From Candidatus Latescibacterota bacterium (GTDB lineage: Bacteria > Latescibacterota > UBA2968), in assembly GCA_965204745.1 (NCBI GenBank), contig OZ242010.1, positions 2,336,001-2,400,000 on the forward strand: 64,000 nucleotides of DNA, in the 5' to 3' direction. Below the pieces are notes generated by a model, which ran no database searches, was not told where the DNA came from, and was given only the letters and a program-made list of their open reading frames with translations. This document shows positions 32,925 through 43,564 of this stretch, piece by piece (position 1 is the first letter of the stretch; every line of letters starts with the position of its first letter). A program made the translations under genes and the position numbers.

Positions 32925-33758
32925 GTGAAAATCGGATACGGCACGTACGGCATGCAGACAGAAGACATTTTTGACGCATTGCCGCGGTTGCGCGCCATCG
33001 GGTATGAAGCCGTGGAGATCAGCACGGGCGACGACTGGCCCACCGCGCCGCACAAACTCCACGCGAGCACCCGCGAGGCACTCGCCAAGACCATCGCGGA
33101 TTTGGGATTTGCATCGCCCGTCACCATGGCTTTGTTGCCGATCTGCACGCGGGGCGATGCACGTCCCGCTGTGCTCGAAAAATTTGACGCGGCGTGCGTC
33201 CTCGCCCACGACCTGGCACATGGCAATGCCCCCGGCATCCTCGTCAGCACATTAGGCGGCCTGACCGGCGCGTGGGACGAGGTCAAGCACACCTATTGCG
33301 AGATGCTCATCGAGCTCGGAGATCGCGCCTCGGAGCACAATGTCATCCTCGCAGCCGAACCCCACGCAGGCCACCCGCTCGACACCCCGCACAAAGTCGA
33401 TTGGCTCATGCGACACGCGGATCACGACAACGTCAAAGTCAATTTTGACATCAGCCACTTTCACGTCGATCATTTCGACCTGCAAACGAGCGTCGACCTG
33501 TGCGCGCCCTACACGGTCTCGACCCACATCAAAGACGGGTATCGCGCCAATGGCGAGGTGCGCTATCAACTCCCCGGCGAGGGCAACTTGGATCTCGTTG
33601 CCTATTTCAACGCCATCGCCGCCGCGGGCATCGCCGTTCCCATCACCGTGGAAGTCACGGCCCAAATCTGGAAATCGCCCGACTACGATCCATGGCCCGT
33701 GGCAGAACGATGTTTCAAAGCACTCGACGATGCGCGGCGAGAAGCGCTGGAAGAATAG
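32925..33758 (+). CDS. Sugar phosphate isomerase/epimerase (xylose-isomerase-like TIM barrel)
   Basis: GYEAVEI, AAEPH, NFDISHF, HIKD, PGEG.LD, TVEV metal-binding motifs. Confidence 0.87.
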   Translation: MKIGYGTYGMQTEDIFDALPRLRAIGYEAVEISTGDDWPTAPHKLHASTREALAKTIADLGFASPVTMALLPICTRGDARPAVLEKFDAACVLAHDLAHGNAPGILVSTLGGLTGAWDEVKHTYCEMLIELGDRASEHNVILAAEPHAGHPLDTPHKVDWLMRHADHDNVKVNFDISHFHVDHFDLQTSVDLCAPYTVSTHIKDGYRANGEVRYQLPGEGNLDLVAYFNAIAAAGIAVPITVEVTAQIWKSPDYDPWPVAERCFKALDDARREALEE

Positions 33759-33760
33759 CG

Positions 33761-33856
33761 ATGGAATTGCGTTTGAAGCACGACTTGACCTTGCGGCTCG
33801 GCTCGATGATGGTCGTCGCGATTGGCGTCGGTGCCGCTTTGGTGAAACTTCTGTGA
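33761..33856 (+). pseudogene. C-terminal fragment of a DUF1640/CCDC90-like coiled-coil membrane-anchored protein
   Basis: MELRLKHDLTLRLGSMMVVAIGVGAALVKLL* resembles the typical DUF1640 tail; no N-terminal part present. Confidence 0.55.
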
Positions 33857-33925
33857 GACTGGAGACGCGCTGGAAAAGGCGTAGATTCAATTTGATGGGC
33901 GAAAAACGAGCCCGAGGAGTTTTCC

Positions 33926-34567
33926 GTGCGATACATCGTTGTCGAAGGGGTGACCGGGGTGGGCAAGAGGCGGTTTGCCCGGGTTTTGGGGCACCATCTC
34001 AACGCCCGCTTGGTGCTCGAAGAACCCGAGGAAAATCCCTTTTTGCCCTTGTTTTACGAAACCCCAGAGCGATACGGCTTTCAGACACAGGTCTTTTTCA
34101 TGTTGAGCAGGTATCGGCAACAACAAGAATTGCATCAGATGGATTTGTTTCAAGAAGCGGTGGTCAGCAATTACATCTTTGAACGGGATCGCATCTACGC
34201 CAATCTAACGCTCGGAGATGCGGAATTTGCATTGTATGAACGCTTGGCCGAAACCCTGAGTGAGAAAATGCCCCGGCCGGATCTGGTCATTTATTTGCAG
34301 ACGACAATCGATCATCTGATGCGGGGCATCAGAAGCCATGGGCGCGGGTATGAAGGCGCGATAACCGAAGATTACGTGGCGCGGTTATCCGAGGCGTACA
34401 ACCATTTTTTCTTTCACTATTCCACCACGCCCTTGCTCGCCGTCAACGTGTCCGAGGTCGATTTTGAAAACCGCTCGCACGGCTTAGAGGATTTACTGGC
34501 GCAAATTAAATCGCCGCCTGCGGGCACGCGCTATTATCGGCCAGCGCGGGTGGATGCCAAAAAATGA
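33926..34567 (+). CDS. Deoxynucleoside kinase (dAK/dGK family)
   Basis: IVVEGVTGVGK P-loop, ENPFLPLFY, PDLVIYL, RGYE; sits upstream of panBC. Confidence 0.9.
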   Translation: MRYIVVEGVTGVGKRRFARVLGHHLNARLVLEEPEENPFLPLFYETPERYGFQTQVFFMLSRYRQQQELHQMDLFQEAVVSNYIFERDRIYANLTLGDAEFALYERLAETLSEKMPRPDLVIYLQTTIDHLMRGIRSHGRGYEGAITEDYVARLSEAYNHFFFHYSTTPLLAVNVSEVDFENRSHGLEDLLAQIKSPPAGTRYYRPARVDAKK

Positions 34568-34579
34568 GGTGGGATCGAT

Positions 34580-35434
34580 ATGGGAGCACGGGTAAAAATA
34601 GAAACCCTCGGCCTTATGAAACAGCGGGGCGAACCCATTGCGGTGCTGACGTGTTACGATCACCCCACGGCCGTTTTTCAGGATGGCGCGGGGGTCGACG
34701 TCATTTTTGTAGGCGATTCCGTAGGCGTCAATGTGTTGGGGTACGAAAGTCCGCAACAGGTGACGATAGACGATATGCGCCACCACACGCGCGCGGTCAG
34801 GCGCGGGGTTGTCGATGCGCTGTTGATGGCGGATTTGCCCTACCGGTCTTATGAGACGCCCGCGCAAGCGGTCAAAAATGCGCGGCAACTCACAGGGGCC
34901 GGCGCAGAAGTGGTCAAACTCGAAGGCGGTCGCCCCGTCATAGACCAAGTCCGCGCACTCGTCAGCGAGGGCATTCCCGTGGTTGGGCACGTGGGATACA
35001 CCCCGCAGACGCGCACCGGCAAACGTCCCGTGTTCGGAGACCGCGCAGAAGACGCGCTCGCAGTTCTCAAAGACGCCCATGCCTTGGCATCTGCTGGCGC
35101 GCTGGCCGTGGTTTTGGAATGCGTGCCCGAGCGCGTGGCCGAAGTCGTGACGGATCGCGTGCCCATTCCGACCATTGGCATTGGCGCGGGGCGCGTGTGC
35201 GATGGGCAGGTGCTCGTCGCCCACGATATGCTGGGCATGCACAACAGCCGCTATCGGTTTGTCAAAGCCTACGCGGACCTCGAAGGCGCGATGCAGCAGG
35301 CATTTGCGGCCTACGTCCAAGACGTCAAAAACCACCGCTTTCCGCAAGACAACCACCGGTTTAAGATCAAAAGCGCGGAACTGCGCCGATTTCATTTGCG
35401 CGCCGAGGATGTGTTATGGCCGTCAAAATCGTAA
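34580..35434 (+). CDS. panB: 3-methyl-2-oxobutanoate hydroxymethyltransferase
   Basis: LTCYD, VGDS, ADLP, VKLEGG, GHVG.TPQ, IGIGAG, DGQVLV. Confidence 0.95.
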   Translation: MGARVKIETLGLMKQRGEPIAVLTCYDHPTAVFQDGAGVDVIFVGDSVGVNVLGYESPQQVTIDDMRHHTRAVRRGVVDALLMADLPYRSYETPAQAVKNARQLTGAGAEVVKLEGGRPVIDQVRALVSEGIPVVGHVGYTPQTRTGKRPVFGDRAEDALAVLKDAHALASAGALAVVLECVPERVAEVVTDRVPIPTIGIGAGRVCDGQVLVAHDMLGMHNSRYRFVKAYADLEGAMQQAFAAYVQDVKNHRFPQDNHRFKIKSAELRRFHLRAEDVLWPSKS

Positions 35435-36270
35435 CAGCGGTTCGCGCAATGCACCGCGCAGCCGATCAGATGCGGCAGGCGGGGCAGCGCATCGCGCTCG
35501 TGCCCACGATGGGATATTTGCACGAAGGGCATCTCAGCCTTGTGCGGCGGGCGCGACAAGTGGCGGATCGCGTGGTGGTGAGCATTTTCGTCAACCCGTT
35601 GCAATTTGGCCCGGCCGAGGATTTCGTCGCCTATCCCAGGGATTTGGCGCGCGATTTGGAACGGCTCGACCAGTGCGGCGCGCATCTAACGTACGCGCCC
35701 GAAGTCAAGGAAATCTATCCCGAGGATTTTGCGACAACGGTCGAGGTGGCGCGTCTGACCCAAGGGCTTTGTGGCGCGCATCGGCCCGGGCATTTTGAAG
35801 GCGTGACGACCATCGTCGCCAAGTTGTTTGCAGCGGTCAAACCCCATGTGGCTATTTTTGGACAAAAAGACGCGCAACAGACGCTCATCGTCAAAAAAAT
35901 GGTGCGCGATCTCAACTTGGATGTGGAGATAGTGATGGCGCCCACAGTGCGCGAAGCGGATGGCTTGGCGATGAGCTCGCGCAATGCCTATCTGACGGCC
36001 GAAGAGCGGATGGAAGCCCCCGCGCTTTACCGCGCCTTGATGCTCGGAAAAAAAATGATCGCCCGAGGCGAACGGCGTGCGTGCCGAGTCGTCGCCGCGA
36101 TGCGCGACGCGATTGCGCCGCTGTGCCATGCGAAAATCGACTACATCGAAGCCGTGGATGCGGAAAGCCTCGCGCCCGTCGAGGTGATCGAAACTACCGT
36201 TTTGCTGGCCGTGGCCGTGCGCTTTGGCAAGGCGCGCCTAATAGACAACGCGCTCATTCGCGTGGAATGA
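35416..36270 (+). CDS. panC: Pantoate--beta-alanine ligase
   Basis: VPTMGYLHEGH, SIFVNPLQF, RPGHF.GV, FGQKDAQQ, GLAMSSRN, RLIDN. Confidence 0.96.
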   Translation: MAVKIVTAVRAMHRAADQMRQAGQRIALVPTMGYLHEGHLSLVRRARQVADRVVVSIFVNPLQFGPAEDFVAYPRDLARDLERLDQCGAHLTYAPEVKEIYPEDFATTVEVARLTQGLCGAHRPGHFEGVTTIVAKLFAAVKPHVAIFGQKDAQQTLIVKKMVRDLNLDVEIVMAPTVREADGLAMSSRNAYLTAEERMEAPALYRALMLGKKMIARGERRACRVVAAMRDAIAPLCHAKIDYIEAVDAESLAPVEVIETTVLLAVAVRFGKARLIDNALIRVE

Positions 36271-36329
36271 TTTTTTTAGTCGAGTTGTAACTATTCACAT
36301 TATGCCACCTACACGGCGCGTATAAGGAC

Positions 36330-36358
36330 TTGACGCCCATCGGGGAGTTCATTATATT
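36330..36358 (+). promoter_or_regulatory. Sigma70-type promoter of the sodA-peroxiredoxin-Fe-S carrier genes
   Basis: TTGACG - 17 nt - TATATT, 53 nt upstream of the sodA ATG. Confidence 0.65.
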
Positions 36359-36411
36359 TTGACTTCAATCGGCGAAGGAGTTTTCGTTCATTCCAAACAA
36401 GGAGTTTCACC

Positions 36412-37017
36412 ATGGCATATCAACTGCCCGACCTGCCCTATGCTTACGACGCGCTCGAGCCGTACATCGACGCGCGCACGATGGAGATCCACCACTCCAA
36501 GCACCACAACGCGTACGTGACCAACCTCAACGCCGCGCTTGAGGGGCACGACGAGTCGGCAACTATCGAAAGCCTGATCAGCAATTTGGACAGCGTGCCC
36601 GCAGACATCCGCACCGCAGTTCAAAACAACGGCGGCGGTCACGCCAACCACAGCTTGTTCTGGACCATCATGAGTCCCAATGGCGGGGGCGGCCCCACGG
36701 GTGCTGTTGCCGAAGCCATCGCGTCGTCTTTTGGCAGCCTGGAAGCCGCTAAGGAAAAATTTGTGACAGCCGCGACAACGCGCTTTGGCAGCGGCTGGGC
36801 ATGGTGCGTGGTCAAGGATGGCAAGCTCGACATTTTGAGCACGGCCAACCAAGACAATCCGCTCATGACCGGCGATGGCACGCCCATTCTCGGCCTGGAT
36901 GTGTGGGAACACGCTTATTATCTCAAGTACCAAAACTTGCGCCCGGATTACATCGAAGCGTGGACGAATACGATCAACTGGGACGAAGTGAATCGCCGCT
37001 ACGAAGCTGCGCGGTGA
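36412..37017 (+). CDS. sodA: Superoxide dismutase (Mn-type signature)
   Basis: [35 protein letters not shown]. Confidence 0.95.
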   Translation: MAYQLPDLPYAYDALEPYIDARTMEIHHSKHHNAYVTNLNAALEGHDESATIESLISNLDSVPADIRTAVQNNGGGHANHSLFWTIMSPNGGGGPTGAVAEAIASSFGSLEAAKEKFVTAATTRFGSGWAWCVVKDGKLDILSTANQDNPLMTGDGTPILGLDVWEHAYYLKYQNLRPDYIEAWTNTINWDEVNRRYEAAR

Positions 37018-37039
37018 GTTTTTCAAAAGGAAGCGAACA

Positions 37040-37519
37040 ATGGGCATTACCGTAGGTGATCGCGCGCCCGACTTTACGCTGAAATCGAAGTCCGGCGACG
37101 ATATGAAAGACATCTCCCTGCGCGATTACGAGGGGCAGAAGAATGTCGTGATCTTGTTTTTTCCGCTGGCTTATACCGGCGTCTGCACCGACGAGATGTG
37201 TTCGGTCAGCGGCGGGTTGGCCGATTACGACGCGCTCGACGCGCAGGTGTTGGGCATCAGCGTGGATAGCCCTTTTGCACAAGACGCCTGGGCCAAGGAA
37301 AACGGCATCGCCTTTCCCCTGCTCAGCGATTTCAACAAAGAGGTCAGCGCGGCTTATGGGGCGCAATTCGAGGAGTTGCTCGGATTTCGCGGCGTGGCAA
37401 AGCGGTCGGCTTTTGTCATCGACAAAACCGGCATCGTGCGTTTTGCATCCGTGTCTGACGACCCGACTGTGTTGCCGGATTTTGACGCGATCAAAGCGCG
37501 TCTGACAGAACTGGGTTAA
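37040..37519 (+). CDS. Peroxiredoxin (AhpC/TSA family, AhpE/BCP-like)
   Basis: PxxxTxxC (PLAYTGVC), GISVDS, LLSDFN, KRSAFVID. Confidence 0.9.
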   Translation: MGITVGDRAPDFTLKSKSGDDMKDISLRDYEGQKNVVILFFPLAYTGVCTDEMCSVSGGLADYDALDAQVLGISVDSPFAQDAWAKENGIAFPLLSDFNKEVSAAYGAQFEELLGFRGVAKRSAFVIDKTGIVRFASVSDDPTVLPDFDAIKARLTELG

Positions 37520-37529
37520 TGGAGGAATT

Positions 37530-37856
37530 ATGGTTCGCGTCACGGAAACCGCTGCGGGCAAAATCAGGGAACTCATGCACCGAGAAGGACGCCCCGCCGA
37601 GCACGGCTTGCGCCTGAAAGTGATCGGCGGCGGGTGTTCTGGCCTGCAATATCAACTCGACTTCGACGAGGCGGTCCGCGCAGACGACAGCGTCGTCGAA
37701 GCCCACGGCGTTCGGGTCTTCGTCGATCTGAAAAGCGCGCTTTTTTTGACGGGCACCGAACTGGATTACGACGATGGCCTGATGGGCACGGGGTTCCGGT
37801 TCAATAACCCCAATGCCAAAAATCAGTGTGGTTGTGGGGAATCTTTCAGCGTTTGA
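37530..37856 (+). CDS. A-type Fe-S cluster carrier (IscA/ErpA, HesB family)
   Basis: GGGCSG and CGCGESF motifs. Confidence 0.93.
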   Translation: MVRVTETAAGKIRELMHREGRPAEHGLRLKVIGGGCSGLQYQLDFDEAVRADDSVVEAHGVRVFVDLKSALFLTGTELDYDDGLMGTGFRFNNPNAKNQCGCGESFSV

Positions 37857-37880
37857 GCATTGTTGTTGTCGAAAATTCAG

Positions 37881-37913
37881 AAGGGAGGGGTCGTGTTGCG
37901 GTCCCTCTCTTTT
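37881..37913 (+). terminator. Probable intrinsic terminator after the A-type carrier gene
   Basis: AAGGGAGGGGTCG-tgttg-CGGTCCCTCTCTTTT hairpin with G-U pairs and a short U tail. Confidence 0.5.
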
Positions 37914-38083
37914 GGGCTTAGATGCGTCCCCAAAGGACAAAAACGCATGGCATCGATTTATTTTTTGTTGCGTCTGCAAGGATGTTGCACATCGGCGCGG
38001 TTTGTTCAGAAGTTCTGGGGCATCTCTGCATGGCCCGTCAACCAGACCGCGGATCGAAGATCGGATTTGAAAGGAGGCTCCAA

Positions 38084-39739
38084 ATGGATGCGTTATTGCT
38101 GGGGGCTCCAATGGCGACTTACGGCATCTTTCTGGTGGTCGCCATTGCCCTGTTTGGATTCGGGTGGTTTTTGGGCGCCCGAATCAGAGCGCGAAACGTG
38201 CGAGATATCGAGCGGCAGGCCGAAAAACACGCGCTCAAACTCGCGGAAAAAGAAGATCGAAATCGCAAGACCGCTTTTTTGGAACTCAAAAACAAGTGGT
38301 ATGACGAGAAGGCCGAAATCGAAAAGTCCTTCGATCAAAAACGACGCGAGGTCGAGCGTCAAAATGACGAATTGCACGAAAGGGAAACCGGGCTTGCCAA
38401 GCGGGCCGAAGTCGTCAATCAGCGCGAAAAAAACCTCACCCGGCGGGAACAAGAGGGCGTGCAAAAAGCCGTCCGCTTGGAAAAGCGAGAATTGGAACTG
38501 GCGGATTTGATCGATCAACAACGGGCGCAACTGGAGCGCATTTCCGGCATGAACGTGGAACACGCCCGCGAAATGTTGCTCGAAGACATCCGCAATTCCC
38601 TGCGGCAAACCTCCATCAACCTCGGCAGGGAAATGATCGAGCGCGCCCGAGAACGCGCGGACCGCGAAGCCAAGAAAATTCTCGCGCAGGCCATCGAACG
38701 CTGCTCCACAGATCAAACCGTGCAATCGTCCATCTCGGTCGTCACCTTGCCCAACGACAACATCAAGGGGTGGATCGTCGGCAAAGAGGGGCGCAACATC
38801 AGCGCGTTTGAAGCCGCCACAGGCGTGAAAGTGATCGTCAACGACACGCCCGAGGCCGTGGTCTTGTCCAGCTTTGACCCGGTCAAGCGCGACATGGCGC
38901 GATTGGCGATGGAGCAACTGGTGCGCGAGGGCCGCATCAACCCGCGCCGCATCGAAACCGTGGTCGCCAACTGCGAAAACAAGGTGCATTTGATCATCGA
39001 CGAAGAAGGCCAGCGGGCCGTGCGCGAATTGGGCATCGACGAATTGCATCCCGAACTGGTCAAACTGGTCGGCAAACTCAAATACCGCACGAGTTTCGGG
39101 CAAAACGTGCTCGGGCATTCCAAAGAAGTGGCGTTTTTGGCCGGTGCAATGGCAACGGAATTGAACCTGGACGAAAAACTCGCCCGCCGCTGTGGGCTGT
39201 TGCACGACATCGGCAAAGCCGTGGATCAGGAACTCGAGGGCAAGCACACGGACATCGGCGCGCATCTGGCCGGCAAGTACGGCGAGGGCCCAGAAGTGAT
39301 CAACGGCATTTTTTATCACCACGGCGAGGCCGAGGCCGAGACCCCGATTTCGTTTTTGGTCAAAGCCGCAGACGCGATTTCGTCCTCCCGGCCCGGTGCG
39401 AGACGAGACGACCCGGAAGCGTACATCAAGCGGATGCGCGGCTTGGAGGAAATCGCGCAATCCTTCCTCGGGGTGCGAGACGCTTATGCTATCAATGCGG
39501 GCCGCGAAGTGCGCGTGTTGGTCAATGCCGCGCATGTGAGCGACGAACGCGCCAAAGACCTGTCTTATGAAATCGCCGAGCGCGTGCGCGAGGAAATGAC
39601 CTATCCGGGCGAGGTTCAAATCACGGTGATTCGGCAAATCGTTGCCTCGAATTTGGCCGGGCACCCCGGCAGGCGCAAGCCAAAGCCCCGAAAACGCTAT
39701 GCGCGTCGCCGCAATCGCCCTGCACCAGCGAGCGCGTAA
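38084..39739 (+). CDS. rny: Ribonuclease Y
   Basis: AAGGAGG RBS; N-terminal TM helix, coiled coil, KH (KGWIVGKEGRNI), HD (GLLHDIGK), ADAISSSRPGAR. Confidence 0.95.
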   Translation: MDALLLGAPMATYGIFLVVAIALFGFGWFLGARIRARNVRDIERQAEKHALKLAEKEDRNRKTAFLELKNKWYDEKAEIEKSFDQKRREVERQNDELHERETGLAKRAEVVNQREKNLTRREQEGVQKAVRLEKRELELADLIDQQRAQLERISGMNVEHAREMLLEDIRNSLRQTSINLGREMIERARERADREAKKILAQAIERCSTDQTVQSSISVVTLPNDNIKGWIVGKEGRNISAFEAATGVKVIVNDTPEAVVLSSFDPVKRDMARLAMEQLVREGRINPRRIETVVANCENKVHLIIDEEGQRAVRELGIDELHPELVKLVGKLKYRTSFGQNVLGHSKEVAFLAGAMATELNLDEKLARRCGLLHDIGKAVDQELEGKHTDIGAHLAGKYGEGPEVINGIFYHHGEAEAETPISFLVKAADAISSSRPGARRDDPEAYIKRMRGLEEIAQSFLGVRDAYAINAGREVRVLVNAAHVSDERAKDLSYEIAERVREEMTYPGEVQITVIRQIVASNLAGHPGRRKPKPRKRYARRRNRPAPASA

Positions 39740-39743
39740 TCCC

Positions 39744-40103
39744 ATGTCCGACGCCTATTCCACGATTTTGCGGGATCACTTTGAGCATCCCAGAAATGTC
39801 GGCACATTGCAAACCCCGGATGCGGTGGGGTATGCGGAAAATCCCGCTTCGGGCGCCACCTTGTCCCTGCACCTCGCGTTGAAAAATGGCGTCATCGACC
39901 GAGCGGTTTTTCAAGCGCAGGGATGCGCGGCGACCATCGCTTCCGGGTCCGTGCTCACGGAGTGGGTGATGGGCAAACCGCCCGATGAGGCCCGCAAAAT
40001 TTCGCGCACCGACATCGAGGCCGCGCTCGGCGGGTTGCCCCCCACGCGGAAACACGCCGCAGACTTGGCGGTAGATGCGGTTCGCGTAGCGCTTCAGACC
40101 TGA
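39744..40103 (+). CDS. IscU/NifU_N-like scaffold protein retaining one of three conserved Cys
   Basis: DHFEHPRNVG, NPASGA (canonical NPxCGD), GCAATIASGS, LGGLPPTRKHAA (canonical KxHC). Confidence 0.85.
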   Translation: MSDAYSTILRDHFEHPRNVGTLQTPDAVGYAENPASGATLSLHLALKNGVIDRAVFQAQGCAATIASGSVLTEWVMGKPPDEARKISRTDIEAALGGLPPTRKHAADLAVDAVRVALQT

Positions 40104-40109
40104 CACCGC

Positions 40110-40146
40110 GGGGCAGGGCATTGTTTCGTCCTGCCCCTTATTTTTG
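40110..40146 (+). terminator. Intrinsic terminator-like hairpin
   Basis: GGGGCAGGGC-attgtttc-GTCCTGCCCC followed by TTATTTTT. Confidence 0.6.
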
Positions 40147-40156
40147 GACTGCCCGC

Positions 40157-41308
40157 ATGACCGATCAAATCAAAGCCATCGCGCGGGAGTTGGGATTCGA
40201 CCCGGTGGGCATTGCATCGGCCGATCCCCCGCAGCACTGGGCGTTTTATCAATCGTGGTTGGCCATGGGCTACGCGGGTGAAATGGGGTACTTGGGGCGC
40301 AACTTGGATCGGCGGTCAGACGTGCGGCGCATTCTTCCGAGCGCGAAATCCATCCTTTGCGTGGGCCTGAATTATTTGCCCGAGACCGATGGGCAGGAAA
40401 CTGGCGGGCATCCCACAGGGCAGATCGCGCGCTATGCCCGCGGCGATGATTACCACGACGCGATGCGCGACCGCCTGTTTGACTTGTTGGCCGAAATTCA
40501 GCGCATCGAGCCGGCTGCCGAAGGCCGGGTCTATGTGGATACCGGCCCTGTTTTGGAACGCGATTATGCCGAGCGTGCCGGGGTGGGTTGGTTCGGCAAA
40601 CACACTTGCATGATCGACAAAGGCCGGGGGTCGTGGTTTTTTTTGGGCGAAATCATTTTGAATCTCGATCTCGACTGTGATCGACCGCAGTTGGATCACT
40701 GCGGAACCTGTACGCAGTGTTTGGATGCGTGTCCCACAGACGCTATCGTAGAACCCTACGCAGTGGATTCGCGGCGGTGTATTTCCTATTTGACTATCGA
40801 ATTAAAAGGCGCGGTGCCGCGCCCATTGAGATCGAAGATGGGCAACTGGGTCTTTGGCTGCGACATTTGCCAAGACGTGTGCCCGTGGAATCGCAAGCAC
40901 GCAGAGCCGACTCCCGAAGATGCGTTTCAAGCGCGCCCGGGGTTGAACGCGCCCGATCTCGTGGACTTGTTGCACCTGGATCAGGCGGCTTTTTCCAAGC
41001 GGTTCAAAAACAGCCCGATCAAACGCGCCAAGCGACGCGGCTTGTTGCGGAATGCGGCTATCGCCTTGGGCAACGTGGGCGGGCAGGCAGAAGTGCCCGC
41101 GCTGGCGTCCGCCCTCAAAGACGGTGAACCACTCGTGCGCCAACACGCGGCATGGGCCTTGGGCAAAATCGGCGGGGACCACGCCCGGCAAGTGTTGGCC
41201 GACGCCTTGAACTGTGAATGCGATGGCGGAGTTGTCGAAGAACTGCGGTTGGCTCTCGAAGCCATCGATCAGCGAGGAAATGAACGTGAGCGCGCTACTC
41301 GATATTGA
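40157..41308 (+). CDS. queG: Epoxyqueuosine reductase
   Basis: YARGDDYH, VDTGPVLER, CGTCTQCLDACPT, CISYLTIE, GCDICQDVCPWN, HEAT tail. Confidence 0.95.
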   Translation: MTDQIKAIARELGFDPVGIASADPPQHWAFYQSWLAMGYAGEMGYLGRNLDRRSDVRRILPSAKSILCVGLNYLPETDGQETGGHPTGQIARYARGDDYHDAMRDRLFDLLAEIQRIEPAAEGRVYVDTGPVLERDYAERAGVGWFGKHTCMIDKGRGSWFFLGEIILNLDLDCDRPQLDHCGTCTQCLDACPTDAIVEPYAVDSRRCISYLTIELKGAVPRPLRSKMGNWVFGCDICQDVCPWNRKHAEPTPEDAFQARPGLNAPDLVDLLHLDQAAFSKRFKNSPIKRAKRRGLLRNAAIALGNVGGQAEVPALASALKDGEPLVRQHAAWALGKIGGDHARQVLADALNCECDGGVVEELRLALEAIDQRGNERERATRY

Positions 41309-42656
41309 AGGTGTGCAAGCCGAGATCCCCGTCACCCCGATGCAGGGGCAGCGGGTTTTCATCGAAACCTACGGTTGCCAGATGAATGTCTCGGATACGG
41401 AACTGATGCTGGGCATTTTGCAGGACGCGGGGTATGCGTCTGCACAGCGGGCCGAGGATGCCGATGTCATCGTGCTCAATACCTGCGCGATCCGCGAACA
41501 CGCCGAGGAGCGCGTGCGGGGCAGGTTGGGGCAGTTGCGCGCGCTCAAGTATCGGCGGCCCGACCTGATTATGGGCGTATCCGGGTGTATGGCAAAGCAC
41601 GTTTCCGAATCCCTGATGAAAGACGCGCCCTATGTCGATCTGGTCGTCGGCCCGGATTCGTACCGCAAATTGCCCGAACTCATCGCCGAAGCGCGCGGCG
41701 ACGCGGCGTTGGACGTGCGCTTGGATCGCGGCGAATCCTACACGGGGCTCGACCCCCTCCGCAAACCGGGCAGCAATGCGTACATTACCATCATGCGCGG
41801 CTGCGACAAGTTTTGCACGTTTTGCATCGTGCCCTACGTGCGCGGTCGAGAGCGCAGCGTGCCCGCGCGCGAAATCGTCAGGCAGGCCCAAGCCGCGGCA
41901 GACGCGGGGTTTCGGGAAGTCACCTTATTGGGCCAAACCGTCAATTCCTACCGGGATGGCGCGTGCGATTTTGCGGACTTGCTCGCGATGGTCGCGCGCG
42001 TAGATGGCATTTATCGCATCCGCTTCACGTCGCCCCATCCGAGTGATTTCTCCCAAAAATTCATCGAGACCATGGCGTGCGAACCGAAAATCTGTCGGTT
42101 CATCCACCTGCCCGTGCAATCCGGGTCCAATCGCGTGCTCAAAGCCATGCAACGCACCTATACGGTCGAGGGCTATCTCGGCTTGGTCGATGAGCTGCGC
42201 GTCGCCATGCCCGAGGTGTGTTTGAGCACGGATATCATCGCCGGCTTTCCCGGGGAAACGCAAAGCGATTTTGAGGCCACCTTGGCGCTGATGGCGCAGG
42301 TGCGCTACGATTCCGCGTTTATGTTCAAGTACTCCGCGCGCAAGGGCACGGTCGCGTTCCGCGAAATGCCGGACACGGTTTCAGAAGAGGAAAAGGTGGA
42401 ACGCCTCGAAACCGTGATCGCCCGACAAAACCGCATCTCCGAAGAAATCAACGCGACTTATGTCGGGCGCACCCTCGAGGTGCTCGTGCAAGGGGATGCG
42501 CGCAAGGGCGAGGGATTGGCCGCGGGCAAATCCGATGGGTTTAAGACCGTCGTATTCCCCCGCGAGGGGGTTGCCGATCACGCGCTCGCGCAGGTCGAAA
42601 TCACGCGGACGACATTGCGAACCCTCTTCGGCCGGAGGCTGCCATGCGCGAGTTGA
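41280..42656 (+). CDS. miaB: tRNA-2-methylthio-N6-dimethylallyladenosine synthase (exact start uncertain)
   Basis: [30 protein letters not shown] radical SAM motif, [12 protein letters not shown] tail. Confidence 0.93.
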   Translation: MNVSALLDIEGVQAEIPVTPMQGQRVFIETYGCQMNVSDTELMLGILQDAGYASAQRAEDADVIVLNTCAIREHAEERVRGRLGQLRALKYRRPDLIMGVSGCMAKHVSESLMKDAPYVDLVVGPDSYRKLPELIAEARGDAALDVRLDRGESYTGLDPLRKPGSNAYITIMRGCDKFCTFCIVPYVRGRERSVPAREIVRQAQAAADAGFREVTLLGQTVNSYRDGACDFADLLAMVARVDGIYRIRFTSPHPSDFSQKFIETMACEPKICRFIHLPVQSGSNRVLKAMQRTYTVEGYLGLVDELRVAMPEVCLSTDIIAGFPGETQSDFEATLALMAQVRYDSAFMFKYSARKGTVAFREMPDTVSEEEKVERLETVIARQNRISEEINATYVGRTLEVLVQGDARKGEGLAAGKSDGFKTVVFPREGVADHALAQVEITRTTLRTLFGRRLPCAS

Positions 42657-43528
42657 TGGACATTCACGTTGCGCCGCGCCGCCCGCGATTGCCCAAGTGG
42701 TTTCGCGTGCCCGCGCCCGGCAGCGCGAACTACCGCGCGCTCAAAGACCTGATGCGCGGGTTGCGTCTGCACACGGTTTGCGAAAGTGCGCGTTGTCCCA
42801 ATATCGGCGAGTGCTGGAACGCGGGCACCGCCACCTTTATGATTTTGGGCGACGTCTGCACGCGGAGTTGCGGGTTTTGCGCGGTGAAAACCGGGCGGCC
42901 CCAAGGGCTCGACCGGGAAGAACCCGAGCGCGTCGCCCGCGCCGTGCAAGCGATGGGCTTGCGGCACGCGGTGGTCACGTCTGTCAACCGAGACGAATTG
43001 CCGGACGGCGGCGCGGAAATTTTTGCCGAAACCATCGCGGCGATTCGGCGGTTGTGCCCACAGACGAAAGTCGAGGTTTTGATACCGGATTTTCAGGGCA
43101 ACTGGCAGGCCCTCCTCGCGGTCATCAACGCCGAACCCGATATCCTCAATCACAATGTCGAAACCGTGCCCCGCCTGTACAAAACCATGCGCCCCCAGGC
43201 CAAATATGACCGGTCATTGGCCCTGTTGCAACGGGCAAAAGCCCTCGCACCTCGGATGCCCACCAAGTCCGGCATGATGGTCGGCGCAGGCGAAACGCTC
43301 GCAGAAGCGCGCCAGACGATTCGAGACATCGCGGCCAGGAAAACCGATATCCTCACCGTGGGACAATACTTGCAACCCTCGGCGCGGCATGTGCCGATGG
43401 CGCGCTTTTACCATCCCGACGAATTTGCAGCCCTCAAACGATTCGCACTCGCGCAGGGGTTTCAATACGTCGAGTCCGGCCCTTTGGTCCGCAGTTCCTA
43501 CCACGCAGCCGATCATGTGGGGCAATAG
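42644..43528 (+). CDS. lipA: Lipoyl synthase
   Basis: [36 protein letters not shown]. Confidence 0.96.
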   Translation: MRELMDIHVAPRRPRLPKWFRVPAPGSANYRALKDLMRGLRLHTVCESARCPNIGECWNAGTATFMILGDVCTRSCGFCAVKTGRPQGLDREEPERVARAVQAMGLRHAVVTSVNRDELPDGGAEIFAETIAAIRRLCPQTKVEVLIPDFQGNWQALLAVINAEPDILNHNVETVPRLYKTMRPQAKYDRSLALLQRAKALAPRMPTKSGMMVGAGETLAEARQTIRDIAARKTDILTVGQYLQPSARHVPMARFYHPDEFAALKRFALAQGFQYVESGPLVRSSYHAADHVGQ

Positions 43529-43564
43529 CCTCCACAACTCCAACAGTCTCTCAGGGAGGATGTT

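Noticed and set aside
37860-38080. 6S RNA expected upstream of rny
   Set aside because: No long self-complementary rod with a central bubble visible; only a terminator-like hairpin. An Rfam search would be needed
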